Source: Candidatus Eiseniibacteriota bacterium | GTDB taxonomy: Bacteria; Eisenbacteria; RBG-16-71-46; CAVPCR01 | Assembly (NCBI GenBank): GCA_963702435.1 | Contig: CAVPCR010000002.1 | Location: 288,001-352,000 of the forward strand | Length of the DNA stretch: 64,000 nucleotides | Direction: 5' to 3' | In this document: piece after piece, positions 40,806-51,430 of the stretch | Position numbering within the stretch: the stretch's first letter is position 1 | Layout of the letters: each line of letters opens with the position of its first letter | Notes under the pieces: model-generated | Database searches by the model: none | What the model was told of the DNA's origin: nothing | Seen by the model: only the letters and a program-made list of their open reading frames with translations | Made by a program: the position numbers and the translations under genes

Positions 40806-42148
40806 GGCGTCCTCCCCGCGGCGGCCGTCGCCGCGCTCGAATCCGCGCTCGAATCCGCCGCGAACACCCGCCCGTAGATCGCCTCCACATGGCGGAGGAA
40901 GAAGGCGGGGTCGAACAGGGCCGCGAAGTCGGCGACCGGGAGGAGCTGCTTGACGGCGGGGTCGGCGCCGAGAAGATCCTGGAACCGGCCCTCGCCGCGC
41001 CACGCCGCCATCGCGTGCCGCTGCACGATCCCGTAGGCGTCCTCGCGCGAGAGACCGCGATCGACGAGGGCGAGGAGCACCCGCTGCGAGTAGATGAGTC
41101 CGCCCGTGCGCGCGAGGTTCTCGGCGATGCGCTCGGGGTAGATATGCAGCCCCCGGATGACGCGCACCATCACGTCGAGCATGTAATCGAGGAGGATGAA
41201 GCTGTCGGGGAGGATCACCCGCTCGACCGAGGAGTGGGAGATGTCGCGCTCGTGCCAGAGGGCGACGTTCTCGAGCGCGGCGAGCGCGTTCCCGCGGAGG
41301 ACCCGGGCGAGCCCCGAGACGCGCTCGGCGAGCACCGGGTTCCGCTTGTGCGGCATGGCCGATGAGCCCTTCTGCCCGCTCCCGAACGGCTCCTCGAGCT
41401 CGCGGATCTCGGTGCGCTGGAGGTTCCGGATCTCGATCGCCAGCCGCTCGAGCGAGGCGCCGGCGATGGCGAGCGCGCAGAGGAGCGCGGCATGCCGGTC
41501 GCGCGGCACGACCTGGGTCGAGAGCGGCGCCGCGGCGAGGCCGAGCCGCGCCATGAGCGCTTCCTCGACCGCCGGCTCGAGATGCGCGAAGGTGCCGACC
41601 GCGCCCGAGAGCTTCCCCACCGCCGCCTCGGCGAGCGCTGCGGCGAGCCGCGTGCGGGCACGCCCCAGCTCGTCGTAGGCGAGCAGAAACTTGAGCCCGA
41701 GGGTGGTCGGCTCGGCGTGGACGCCGTGCGTGCGGCCCATGGCCGCCGTGTGCTTGTGCGCGAGCGCCTGGTCGCGGAGCGCGGCGCGCAGGCGATCGAG
41801 GCCCGCGAGGAGGAGATCGCCGCCCTTCTTGATCTGGAGGGCGAGGGCGGTGTCGAGGAGATCCGAGGAGGTCATCCCGCGATGGATGAAGCGGGACTCG
41901 GGCCCGACCGCCTCCCCGAGCGCGGTGAGGAAGGCGATCACATCGTGGTTGAGGGTCGCCTCGAGCTCGTTCACCCGCCCGATGTCGTAGCGCGCGCGGC
42001 TCCGCACGCGGCCGGCGGCGCCCGCCGGGATCTCGCCGCGCGCCTCGAGCACCTCGAGGAACACGAGCTCGACCTCGAGCCAGAGGTCGAAGCGGGCCGC
42101 CTCGGCCCAGATCCCCCCCATCTCCGGACGCGTGTACCGCTCGATCAT
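40802..42148 (-). CDS. purB: Adenylosuccinate lyase
   Basis: MIERY, HDVIAF, TSSD, GRTHGVHAEPTT, SGAVGT, GSSAMPHKRNP, WHERDISHSSVER. Confidence 0.97.
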   Translation of the reverse strand: MIERYTRPEMGGIWAEAARFDLWLEVELVFLEVLEARGEIPAGAAGRVRSRARYDIGRVNELEATLNHDVIAFLTALGEAVGPESRFIHRGMTSSDLLDTALALQIKKGGDLLLAGLDRLRAALRDQALAHKHTAAMGRTHGVHAEPTTLGLKFLLAYDELGRARTRLAAALAEAAVGKLSGAVGTFAHLEPAVEEALMARLGLAAAPLSTQVVPRDRHAALLCALAIAGASLERLAIEIRNLQRTEIRELEEPFGSGQKGSSAMPHKRNPVLAERVSGLARVLRGNALAALENVALWHERDISHSSVERVILPDSFILLDYMLDVMVRVIRGLHIYPERIAENLARTGGLIYSQRVLLALVDRGLSREDAYGIVQRHAMAAWRGEGRFQDLLGADPAVKQLLPVADFAALFDPAFFLRHVEAIYGRVFAADSSADSSAATAAAGRTP

Positions 42149-42180
42149 CGCCGCCTCCCCTGCCCTTCTCCCGACCTCGC

Positions 42181-43356
42181 CTACCCGTCCCGCCGCCCGC
42201 CGGGCGCCGCTTCCACCTTGACCGGGATCTCCGAGCGCCGGCCCTCGCGCTCGACGTCGAGGCGCACCGTGCCGCCGACGGGCGTCCCGAAGATGAGGCG
42301 CTGCGCCTCCCGCGTCGAGGTGACACGCGCGCCGTTCACGGCCCGGATCACGTCGCCGACCCGGACCCCGGCCCGGAAGGCCGGGCTCCCGCGGTCGATC
42401 GCCGACACCACGAGCCCCTTCCGGTCCTGGATCGCGAGCTGCTCGGCGAGGAATGGCGAGATCTCCTGCACCGAGATGCCGATCCAGATGTCGCGCACCT
42501 CGCCGTAGCGCACGATCTCGTCCACCACCCGCTTCACCGTGTTGATCGGGATCGCGAATCCCATCCCCAGCGAGCCGCCGGCGGCCGAGAAGATGAACGT
42601 GTTCACCCCGATCACCTGCCCGTCGCCGTTCACGAGCGGGCCGCCCGAGTTTCCGGGGTTGATCGCGGCATCGGTCTGGATCATGTCCTTGTAGATGCCG
42701 CCGGTCTGGTTGTCCGCCTTGACGTCGCGATGGAGCGCCGAGATGACCCCGGCGGTGACCGACGGATGGTTGTCGTTGAGCAGGAAACCGAACGGGTTAC
42801 CGATGGCGATCGCCCACTCGCCGATGATGAGATCCTCGGAGTCGCCGAGATCGATGGCCGGGAGGTCCGGTCCCTCGATCTTGATCACCGCGATGTCGTA
42901 GTTCTGGTCCGCCCCGATCACCTGCCCCGGGAACTCCCGGCTGTCGGGAAGGGTCACCCGGATCGACTCGGCGCCGTGGATCACGTGCTCGTTGGTCACC
43001 ACGTAGCCCTGCGGATCGATGATGAAACCCGACCCGAGCGACGGCACCTCGTAGCGGCGAGCGGGATAGAGATCGCGGAAGAACTGGTCGAACCACTGGT
43101 CCTGGAACGGCGTGAGAGGATTCTGCGTCACCTGCGTGCGCACGGTGGTGATCGACACGCAGGCCGGTCCCGCGAGCTCGGCGGCGGCGACGATCGCCGT
43201 TCGCCGCGTGCGCTCGATCGAGCCCGCCCCGCTCCCGCTCGCCGCGGTCCCGCCCGCGAGGCCCGGGTCCGCCGGGACGGCGGCCGGCCATGCCGCCGCC
43301 AGGACGAGCATCCAGGCGAGCTCGCGCACCCTCCTTGCCGACCGGCACCCGTCCAT
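42181..43356 (-). CDS. HtrA/DegP-family serine protease (one PDZ)
   Basis: GSGFII, VVTNEHVI, DIAVIK, AIGNPFG, IQTDAAINPGNSGGPL, and a C-terminal PDZ. Confidence 0.93.
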   Translation of the reverse strand: MDGCRSARRVRELAWMLVLAAAWPAAVPADPGLAGGTAASGSGAGSIERTRRTAIVAAAELAGPACVSITTVRTQVTQNPLTPFQDQWFDQFFRDLYPARRYEVPSLGSGFIIDPQGYVVTNEHVIHGAESIRVTLPDSREFPGQVIGADQNYDIAVIKIEGPDLPAIDLGDSEDLIIGEWAIAIGNPFGFLLNDNHPSVTAGVISALHRDVKADNQTGGIYKDMIQTDAAINPGNSGGPLVNGDGQVIGVNTFIFSAAGGSLGMGFAIPINTVKRVVDEIVRYGEVRDIWIGISVQEISPFLAEQLAIQDRKGLVVSAIDRGSPAFRAGVRVGDVIRAVNGARVTSTREAQRLIFGTPVGGTVRLDVEREGRRSEIPVKVEAAPGGRRDG

Positions 43357-43373
43357 GGCCGCTCAGTCCCGCG

Positions 43374-44042
43374 CTAGACGGCCGCGGCCTTCGCCGAGCG
43401 CGCCTTCACCTTCTCCCAGTCGGCAAGGAAGCGCTCGAGGCCGATATCGGTGAGCGGATGCTTCACCATCTGCTCGAAGACCTTGTACGGCATGGTGGCG
43501 ATATCGCTCCCGGCGAGCGCGGCCTCGACCACGTGCAACGGATGGCGGATGCTCGCGGTCAGGACCTCGGTGTCGAAGTCGTAGTTGGCGTAGATCGCGC
43601 AGATCTCGCGGATCAGGTCCATGCCGTTCGCGCTCGCGTCGTCGAGGCGGCCGATGAACGGGCTCACCATGCTCGCCCCCGCCTTGGCGGCGAGGAGCGC
43701 CTGGTTGGACGAGAAGACGAGCGTGCAGTTGGTGCGGATGCCTTCCTTCTTGAGCTGGTGAATGGCACGCAATCCGGCCGGCAGGATCGGGATCTTGACC
43801 ACGACGTGCTGGTGGATCTTGGCAAGCTCGCGCCCCTCCCTGAGCATCCCCTCGGTATCGGTGGCGACCACCTCGGCGCTCACCGGGCCGTCGACGATCT
43901 TGCAGATCTCGCGCACGATGTCCCTGAAGTCGCCCGACTCCTTCGCAATGAGGCTCGGATTGGTGGTGACGCCGTCGAGGACGCCGAGACTCGCTGCCTG
44001 CCGGACCTCCTCGATGTTGCCGGTGTCGAGAAAGATCTTCAT
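43374..44042 (-). CDS. fsa: Transaldolase / fructose-6-phosphate aldolase family
   Basis: [56 protein letters not shown]. Confidence 0.93.
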   Translation of the reverse strand: MKIFLDTGNIEEVRQAASLGVLDGVTTNPSLIAKESGDFRDIVREICKIVDGPVSAEVVATDTEGMLREGRELAKIHQHVVVKIPILPAGLRAIHQLKKEGIRTNCTLVFSSNQALLAAKAGASMVSPFIGRLDDASANGMDLIREICAIYANYDFDTEVLTASIRHPLHVVEAALAGSDIATMPYKVFEQMVKHPLTDIGLERFLADWEKVKARSAKAAAV

Positions 44043-44839
44043 CGCTCTCCCTCTTCTTCGCGGCGCTCTGCGTTCGCCGGCGGGCGCTGGCCGCCGGCGC
44101 CGGGCGCCGTCCCGTAGCGCACCCAGACCAGGCAGAGCCCGGCGGCGGGTGCGGCCGCCGGGCGTGGATTCGCGGGCGGGCGGTCGAGCCGCGCCGCCAC
44201 CCAATCCGGCGCCGATCGCCCCCGCCCCACCTCGACGAGCGCTCCCACGAGGAGTCGCACCATGCGGGTCAGGAAGCGATCGGCCACGATCCGAAACCGA
44301 TAGCCGCCGGCGGCGATCGTCCACTCGGCGGCGGTGACCCGGCAGCGACCGGTCTGTTCCTCGCGATCGACGACCGCGAACCCGCGGAAGTCGTGCTCGC
44401 CGAGGAGACCCGCGCTCGCGGCGCGGAGCGCGGCGAGATCGAGCCGCTCGCCAAGCGCCCATGCGACGCGCCGGTTGAACGGCGACGGCCGGCGCGCGAT
44501 CGCATAGTGATAGGCGCGCGCCGTCGCGCTCCGGCGCGCGTCGAAGTCGCTCCCCACCGGGGCCATGCCTTTGAGCCGGACGTCCGCCGGGAGGAGCGCC
44601 GCGAGCCCGCGCGCGATCGTGTCCCGGCTCCGCGGCCCCTCGTAGTCGAAGTGCGCGACCTGGCCCGCGGCGTGACAGCCGCGATCGGTGCGCCCGGCCC
44701 CGGTGACGCGGACCCGGACCCCGAGGAGCTCGGCCAGCTCCGCCTCCACCACGCCCTGGACGGTACGCGACCCGGGCTGGATCTGCCAGCCCCCGAAATC
44801 CGTGCCGTCATAGGCGAGATCCAGGCGGTAACGCGCCAT
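44039..44839 (-). CDS. truA: tRNA pseudouridine(38-40) synthase
   Basis: [40 protein letters not shown]. Confidence 0.94.
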   Translation of the reverse strand: MARYRLDLAYDGTDFGGWQIQPGSRTVQGVVEAELAELLGVRVRVTGAGRTDRGCHAAGQVAHFDYEGPRSRDTIARGLAALLPADVRLKGMAPVGSDFDARRSATARAYHYAIARRPSPFNRRVAWALGERLDLAALRAASAGLLGEHDFRGFAVVDREEQTGRCRVTAAEWTIAAGGYRFRIVADRFLTRMVRLLVGALVEVGRGRSAPDWVAARLDRPPANPRPAAAPAAGLCLVWVRYGTAPGAGGQRPPANAERREEEGER

Positions 44840-44846
44840 CCGCCGC

Positions 44847-45650
44847 TCACCCGCCGGCCCGGACCCGGCGATCGAGGAGGAGCGCGAGCCCGGCCCCGAC
44901 CGCAAGGGCGAGCGCGATCGCCGCCTCCGACCGGCCCCATCGATCCTCGCTCCGGCGGGTGGCCGCCCCGCTCGCGAAGCCCCGCGCATCGAGCGTGCGC
45001 GCGACCTCGTCCGCGCGGCGGAGGACCGCGCCGAGCAGCGGCAGGTAGAACGACTCGAGCGCGGCGCGGCGCGCGCCGAGTCCGCGGGCGACCGGCCGCG
45101 GCGGACGCGCAGCCTGGGCGAGGCGGATCCGCGCCGCCGCGCGCGGGATCTCGGGGGCGAAGCGGACCGCCAGCCCGAGCGCGAGGCCCACCCCGCAGAG
45201 CGCCGGGATCCGCCGCTCGAGAGGCCAGGTGAGGCGGGGAGCCAGGGCGGCGAGATCGTCCGCTCCGATGCCGACCGCGACCAGGCGGGCAACCGCGGCG
45301 AGCCCGACCAGACGCGCGGCGCGGGCGGCGCCGGCGGCGATCCCGGCGGCGGTCACGGCGAACGGACCGAGCTCGAGGAGCGCCGCCCCGGGCGTGGTGA
45401 ATGCGTTCAGGACCAGGGTGATGGCGCCGATTCCAGCGGCCAAGCGCAGAAACTTGCCAAGAGCAGGACCGCCGGCGACGATCGCCGCGCCGCTCAGGGT
45501 GAGGGCGAGAAACAGAGCGGGGCCGGGGCTGAGCGCAAGGAGGAGCACCGTGGCGATCGCCGCCGCAGCGAGACGGAGCCGCGGGTCGCCAAGGGCGGGG
45601 CGGGGCGCCCACAGAGCGTCGAGCCTTCCATGTAAGTCGTTGTTATTCAA
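44847..45650 (-). CDS. ecfT: ECF transporter transmembrane component T (EcfT/CbiQ-like)
   Basis: DPRLRL, TM helices, LAVRFAP, AQAAR and LDARGF (the two ARG-like motifs). TTG start at 45650 is inferred. Confidence 0.8.
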   Translation of the reverse strand: MNNNDLHGRLDALWAPRPALGDPRLRLAAAAIATVLLLALSPGPALFLALTLSGAAIVAGGPALGKFLRLAAGIGAITLVLNAFTTPGAALLELGPFAVTAAGIAAGAARAARLVGLAAVARLVAVGIGADDLAALAPRLTWPLERRIPALCGVGLALGLAVRFAPEIPRAAARIRLAQAARPPRPVARGLGARRAALESFYLPLLGAVLRRADEVARTLDARGFASGAATRRSEDRWGRSEAAIALALAVGAGLALLLDRRVRAGG

Positions 45651-45663
45651 TATCTTGTCATCG

Positions 45664-45692
45664 AGGCTAGCACCCGTCCGGAGGCTTGTCAA
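45664..45692 (-). promoter_or_regulatory. sigma70-type promoter of ecfT-truA-fsa
   Basis: TTGACA-N17-TAGCCT with a TG extension. Confidence 0.65.
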
Positions 45693-47233
45693 ACGGCCGC
45701 CGGCGGCCGGCGATGTCCGAGGAACGCCATGAGCGCGGTCGCCGCGAGGCAGAGTCCGGGGAGGAGATCCCCGATCCGCATGTAGCCCGTAACCCCGGTC
45801 CCGATCTCGACCGGAGCGACCACGGTGGCCGGCTCGAAGAGCCTCGTCGGGTGCGCGACCCGCCCGCCGCGATCCACGACGAACGAGACCCCGGTGTTGG
45901 CCGCCCGGGCGAGCCCCCGCCGGCACTCGATGGCGCGCGCGGCGGCCATCGCGGCGTGCTGGTACGGCCCGCCGCTCGCGCCGAACCACTCGTCGTTGGT
46001 CACGTTGACGAAGAACCCGGCGCCGGCCCGGGCATAGGCGCGACCGATGTGCGGGAAGATGGACTCGAAGCAGATCATGACCCCGACCGTGTCGCCGGCG
46101 GGCAGGGCGAGCGGCGTGAAGCCGGGTCCGCGATCGAAGTCGGCCTCTCCGAAGTCGATCCGCGCCAGGAACGGGAAGCGATCCTGGTAGGGAAAGGCCT
46201 CGCCGAAGGGGACGAGGTTCACCTTGGCGTACTCGCCGGTGGGCCCCTGCCCGGGTGCGATCACGAAGGCGGCGTTCGAGTAACGGCGAGCGCCGCCGGG
46301 ACGCCGGTCCACATCGGGCGCGCCGGTCAGGAGCGGCACGCCGAGGCGATCCACGAAGGAGGAGAGAAGGAAGCGGCAGCCCATGTCGAGCTTCAGGTAA
46401 CAGGTGGCGGCGGTCTCCGGCCAGACCACGAGGTCGGGCCGGGTGGGGCTCGCGGCCACCGCCTCCTCGCTCATGCCCATCAGGCGATCGAGGTTCGCGT
46501 TCCGGTGCTGCGGATCGAACTTGATCTCGTGCCCGATGTTGCCCTGGACGAGCGCCACCTGGATGGTGCGCGCGGGGCCGAGGTGCGCGAGGGCGTAGGT
46601 GCCGTGGGCGAGGGCACCGCCGACCAGGGCGAGGGCGGCCGCCGCGAAGGTGACGCGCCGCCGCCCGCGGGCCCTGAGCGCCGCCCACACGCAGCCGTTC
46701 ACCAGGCAGACGAAGAGACTGCCGCCGAAAATCCCGGTCTCGCTCAAGAACTGGAGGATGCGCGGCGTAGCGATGAGCCCGTAGCCCGACAGCACCCAGG
46801 GAAAGCCGAGCTGGGTCTGGCTCCGGAGGTACTCGCAGCCGACCCAGGCCACGGGGAGCGCGATCCACCACGGCACGCCGCGGCGCGCCCCGCGCCGCGC
46901 CGCCGCCTGGGCCGCGAACAGGAAGAGGGCGAGATAGGCGACCATGAGCGCGAAGGCGGGAATGATGAGCCCGGGGATGGTCACCTCGCCCGGCGGCAGG
47001 AAGAGGATCCAGTAGAGGAGGAGCGCGAAGTGGAGCATCCCGCCGAGGAAGACGATCCCGCTCGCCGCCCGCCGCCCGGTGGGCGTCTCCTCCGCGATGC
47101 GCACCGCGTCGAAGAACGGGACGAGGGCGATGAGGATCACCGGACCCAGGTGCAACGGCGGGTAGGCGAGCGCGGCGAGCCCGCCCGATGCGAGGAAGCG
47201 GAGCGCGAGCGCCCGCCGCGTGCGCGGCGGCAG
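45689..47233 (-). CDS. lnt: Apolipoprotein N-acyltransferase
   Basis: LAYPP, GFPW, VQGNI, VWPETA, YAKVNLVPFGE, ICFES, VTNDEWF, RAIECRR...RAANTGVS. No canonical start before TM1 (CTG 47233 or TTG 47155). Confidence 0.9.
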   Translation of the reverse strand: MPPRTRRALALRFLASGGLAALAYPPLHLGPVILIALVPFFDAVRIAEETPTGRRAASGIVFLGGMLHFALLLYWILFLPPGEVTIPGLIIPAFALMVAYLALFLFAAQAAARRGARRGVPWWIALPVAWVGCEYLRSQTQLGFPWVLSGYGLIATPRILQFLSETGIFGGSLFVCLVNGCVWAALRARGRRRVTFAAAALALVGGALAHGTYALAHLGPARTIQVALVQGNIGHEIKFDPQHRNANLDRLMGMSEEAVAASPTRPDLVVWPETAATCYLKLDMGCRFLLSSFVDRLGVPLLTGAPDVDRRPGGARRYSNAAFVIAPGQGPTGEYAKVNLVPFGEAFPYQDRFPFLARIDFGEADFDRGPGFTPLALPAGDTVGVMICFESIFPHIGRAYARAGAGFFVNVTNDEWFGASGGPYQHAAMAAARAIECRRGLARAANTGVSFVVDRGGRVAHPTRLFEPATVVAPVEIGTGVTGYMRIGDLLPGLCLAATALMAFLGHRRPPAAV

Positions 47234-47293
47234 CGGTGCGCGCGCGCCGGCGCCGTCGCGCCCCGGGCCGCCCCCCCGCGCCGACCGCCGCGC

Positions 47294-48301
47294 CTAGGCG
47301 AGCGCGACTTCACGACCGCTCTTGGCCGAGGCGTAGATGGCGTCGGCGAGCCGCATCATGGCCAGGCCGTCGGTCCCGGGCGAGAGCAGCGCTTCGTTGT
47401 TCCGGACGCAGGCCACGAAGTGCATGATCTCGCGGTCATAGGAGTGCTTGTAGAGGTTCTTCTGCGCGGGAGCGGCCGGCGTCACGTTGACCAGATTCCC
47501 GTGCATCTCCTTGTCGATGCGGAGCGGCAGGAGCGAGGCGGCGCCCCGCGTGCCGAAAGCGTTCAGGTAGGCAAGGTCGCGCTCGATGTGGAGCGACCAG
47601 CTCACCTCGACCGTGACGGTGAGGCCGTCCTTGCAGCGGATGAGGCCGACCGCCTGATCCTCGACCGCGTCGGGGCGGGGCCGGTGCACCTGGGCGCTCA
47701 CCGCCGTCACCTGGCGTTCGCCGGCGAGCCACATGGCGATGTCGAGCATCTGCACACCGAGGTCGAGCACCGCACCGCCGCCCGACATGGCGCGCTCGAC
47801 CTTCCAGCCGTAGCTCGCTCCGCGGCGGAGCCAACCCGTCTTGATGTAGTAGAGCTGCCCGATCTCCCCCTTCAGGATGAATCGGCGGAGGAGCTGCACG
47901 TCGTCGCGAAAGCGGTTGTTCATCGCGCACATGAGGATGAGACCCGCCTTCTCGGCCGCCTTGACCATGGCCTCGGCCTCGCGGCTGTTGCGGGCCATCG
48001 GCCGCTCGCAGAGGACATGCTTCCCGGCCCGGAGCGCCGCCACCGCCATCGGCGCGTGCAGGTGGTTGGGCGTGCAGATGTCGACCGCATCGATCGCCTT
48101 GTCGCGGAGGATCTCCTCGAAGTCGGTCACCGCGTTCGGGATCGCGAACTTCTGCGCCACGCCCTTGAGCCGCGCCTTGTCCTCATCGCAGACGGCGGCG
48201 ACCTGGACCTCGGGCTTGAGCTTCTGCCAGGCAGGCAGGTGGGACACCTGCGCGACCTGTCCCCCGCCGATGACCCCGATGAGAAGCGGCTTCTCTGCCA
48301 C
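47294..48301 (-). CDS. Gfo/Idh/MocA family oxidoreductase
   Basis: GVIGGG, DAVDICTPNHLH, GKHVLCERP, GGGAVLDLGV. GTG start after a GGAGGG SD. Confidence 0.9.
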   Translation of the reverse strand: MAEKPLLIGVIGGGQVAQVSHLPAWQKLKPEVQVAAVCDEDKARLKGVAQKFAIPNAVTDFEEILRDKAIDAVDICTPNHLHAPMAVAALRAGKHVLCERPMARNSREAEAMVKAAEKAGLILMCAMNNRFRDDVQLLRRFILKGEIGQLYYIKTGWLRRGASYGWKVERAMSGGGAVLDLGVQMLDIAMWLAGERQVTAVSAQVHRPRPDAVEDQAVGLIRCKDGLTVTVEVSWSLHIERDLAYLNAFGTRGAASLLPLRIDKEMHGNLVNVTPAAPAQKNLYKHSYDREIMHFVACVRNNEALLSPGTDGLAMMRLADAIYASAKSGREVALA

Positions 48302-48367
48302 GTGCCCTCCCTGAGGCGCGACGTTCGGGGGCGCCCTTCGCACCCCGAGCCGGTCGCGGCGAACTGC

Positions 48368-48396
48368 AGCGTAGGAGAAGCCCCCGCTCCTTGCAA
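48368..48396 (-). promoter_or_regulatory. sigma70-type promoter of the oxidoreductase-lnt unit
   Basis: TTGCAA-N17-TACGCT. Confidence 0.55.
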
Positions 48397-48419
48397 GCGC
48401 ACCGCGAGCGCGGCGGCCG

Positions 48420-49557
<1,138 letters not shown>

Positions 49558-49680
49558 GACGATATCCTCACGTCGGGGTCGCGGGTGATCTGGGCTCCAC
49601 CCAGCCGCAGAAGCGGCCGCGGCGGAACGGAACGACGCGGAGTCGCGAGGGGTCGGACCGGGGCGGGAAAGGGCGCGGCG

Positions 49681-51075
49681 TCAGCCGGCGAGCCGGATGT
49701 CGAGGTCGCCCACCGCGTGGCGGATGACCGGGAACTCCCCGCGCTCGTGGAGCCGGACGAGCGTCGAGACGATGCGCGAGTCGAACTGCGTCCCCGCATG
49801 CCGGCGGAGTTCGGCGATCGCCTCTGCGGGACCCATCCCCGCTCGGTACGGGCGATCGGAGGTCATAGCGTCGAAGGCATCGGCCACGAGCACGATGCGC
49901 GAGCCGAGCGGGATCGAGTTGCCTTCGAGCTGCGCCGGGTAGCCGGCGCCGTCGATGCGCTCGTGATGGCAGCGCACGAGATGGGCCACGGCCGAGAAGG
50001 CGCGGATCTTGGCCACGATGTCGGCGCCGGTCGCCGGGTGGCCCTGGATCTGCTCCCTCTCCTCGGGATCGAGGCGTCCCGGCTTCCGGAGGAGCACCGC
50101 CGGCTGTCCCACCTTGCCGAGGTCGTGGAGGAGCCCGGCGAGCCGGATCCGCTCCACCTCGGTCTCCGGCCGGCCGAGGCCCCGCGCCAGACGTTCGGCA
50201 TAGGAAGCGACCCGGATCGAATGGCGGCGGGTGTAGGGATCCACCTCCTCGATCATCGCGACGAGCGCGGTCGAGAAATCGACGAGGTCCGCGCGCATGT
50301 CCACGTACTGGCTGAAGGTGTGCCGCACGAGGAGGAGCGGCAGGAGGAAGAGGACGATCGCCGGGAAACCCCAGGTGAGATGGACGACCGCGACGAGCGC
50401 GCCGAACGGCAGCAAGGCGAGGAGCTGCCGGAGCGTCCAGCGGTAGTTCACCTGCCAGACGCGCCAGGGGTCGGTGCCGGCCTCCGCGGCGAGGGCGAGG
50501 CTCACGAGCCCGGTGTTGACGGCGAAGTAGGTGACGCCGAGTCCGCCGAGCGCGATCAGGTGCCGCGCATCGAGCGCGAAGGAGCCGAAGGATCCGCCGA
50601 GCCCCGCGTAGACCGCGCCGCCGGCGAAGGCGGCGAGCGTGTACGTGGCGAGGTTGTAGGCCAGCCGGACGATGTGCCGCGGGCGGATGAGGCCGTGCGC
50701 GACGGCGCCCGATATGACGTCGATCCACGCCGCCGCGAGCGGGCCGAAGAGAATGATGGCCGCGTAGTCGAAGGCCGACGACACGGTCATGAAGCCGCCC
50801 CGCGGCATGCGCACGGGCGAGAGCTCGGTCAAGACGAGGAGACCGATCCAGAGGCCGAAGAGGACGCGGTCCTGGGGCCCGATGTCCACCGCCGTCCGCG
50901 TCAGGCCGCCGAGGAGGAGCGCGGCCACCCCGATGACGCTCACCGCGAGGAGGAGAAGCGGGAGCGCGCGGCGGACGCGGGCGCGAAGACCGGTCGTGGC
51001 GGCCGCCCCGGCCGAGGCAAGGGTCGCGGCCAGGGAATCGAAACGCAGGAGCCGCGCGACTGGCGAGTCGTCCAT
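49681..51075 (-). CDS. Multi-TM sensor plus HD-GYP cyclic-dinucleotide phosphodiesterase
   Basis: About 7-8 hydrophobic segments, then DPYTRRHSIRV, LLHDLGK, HHERIDGAGYP, SRIVLVADAFDAMTSDRPYR. Confidence 0.92.
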   Translation of the reverse strand: MDDSPVARLLRFDSLAATLASAGAAATTGLRARVRRALPLLLLAVSVIGVAALLLGGLTRTAVDIGPQDRVLFGLWIGLLVLTELSPVRMPRGGFMTVSSAFDYAAIILFGPLAAAWIDVISGAVAHGLIRPRHIVRLAYNLATYTLAAFAGGAVYAGLGGSFGSFALDARHLIALGGLGVTYFAVNTGLVSLALAAEAGTDPWRVWQVNYRWTLRQLLALLPFGALVAVVHLTWGFPAIVLFLLPLLLVRHTFSQYVDMRADLVDFSTALVAMIEEVDPYTRRHSIRVASYAERLARGLGRPETEVERIRLAGLLHDLGKVGQPAVLLRKPGRLDPEEREQIQGHPATGADIVAKIRAFSAVAHLVRCHHERIDGAGYPAQLEGNSIPLGSRIVLVADAFDAMTSDRPYRAGMGPAEAIAELRRHAGTQFDSRIVSTLVRLHERGEFPVIRHAVGDLDIRLAG

Positions 51076-51105
51076 GGTGCCCCGCTCGATCGCGCCGACC
51101 GCAGG

Positions 51106-51119
51106 GCAAACGACAGGCC
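51106..51119 (-). promoter_or_regulatory. Candidate sigma54 (-24/-12) promoter of the HD-GYP gene
   Basis: GG-CCTGTCGTTT-GC (GG-N10-GC with TTGC), about 30 nt upstream of the ATG. The -24 flank deviates from TGGCAC. Confidence 0.4.
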
Positions 51120-51364
51120 CCGCGGGCGCAACGCTGATCGCGTGTTCCCGCCCCGGGGCACCACCGGCGGGGGGATTGTGCTCGATCCGCGCGCTCCGAG
51201 CGCGCGCGGCACTGCCGCGATGACTTCAGGCGGGCCGGGGCGAGCCGGCCCGCCGCGTACTCATGCTATCGGGTCCGGCGCCCACCCCCGGCCGCGCGGA
51301 TGCTCCGCCGGGCAGGGGCAGCGCCGATGAGAAAGGGAAGCCGACACCGCGAGAGCCGACGTAC

Positions 51365-51430
51365 CTACCAGCCAGCCCGCCCACCCAGGAGGGCTATGAT
51401 GAGATTGACCAGGCCGATCATGGCGAACAT
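51365..51430 (-). CDS. Unannotated 21-aa hydrophobic peptide MFAMIGLVNLIIALLGGRAGW
   Basis: Perfect SD AGGAGGT 6 nt before the ATG, TAG stop, and a small hairpin plus pyrimidine run right after. Below the ORF-track cutoff. Confidence 0.75.
   Translation of the reverse strand: MFAMIGLVNLIIALLGGRAGW

Noticed and set aside
40831..40858. 12-bp duplication at the purB 3' end (ADSSADSSA)
   Set aside because: Only two copies in a disordered tail, so unlikely to be functional.
47294..47296. Pyrrolysine-type amber read-through joining the oxidoreductase and lnt
   Set aside because: No pyl genes are in the window, both proteins are complete alone, and the linker looks like GC-rich intergenic sequence.
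51104..51135. Plus-strand GGGCAAAC...GGGCGCAACGC resembling a c-di-GMP-I riboswitch
   Set aside because: It is antisense to the HD-GYP gene, the intervening bases do not form the stem with GNRA loop, and the second hairpin is missing. The same bases read better as a minus-strand sigma54 element.
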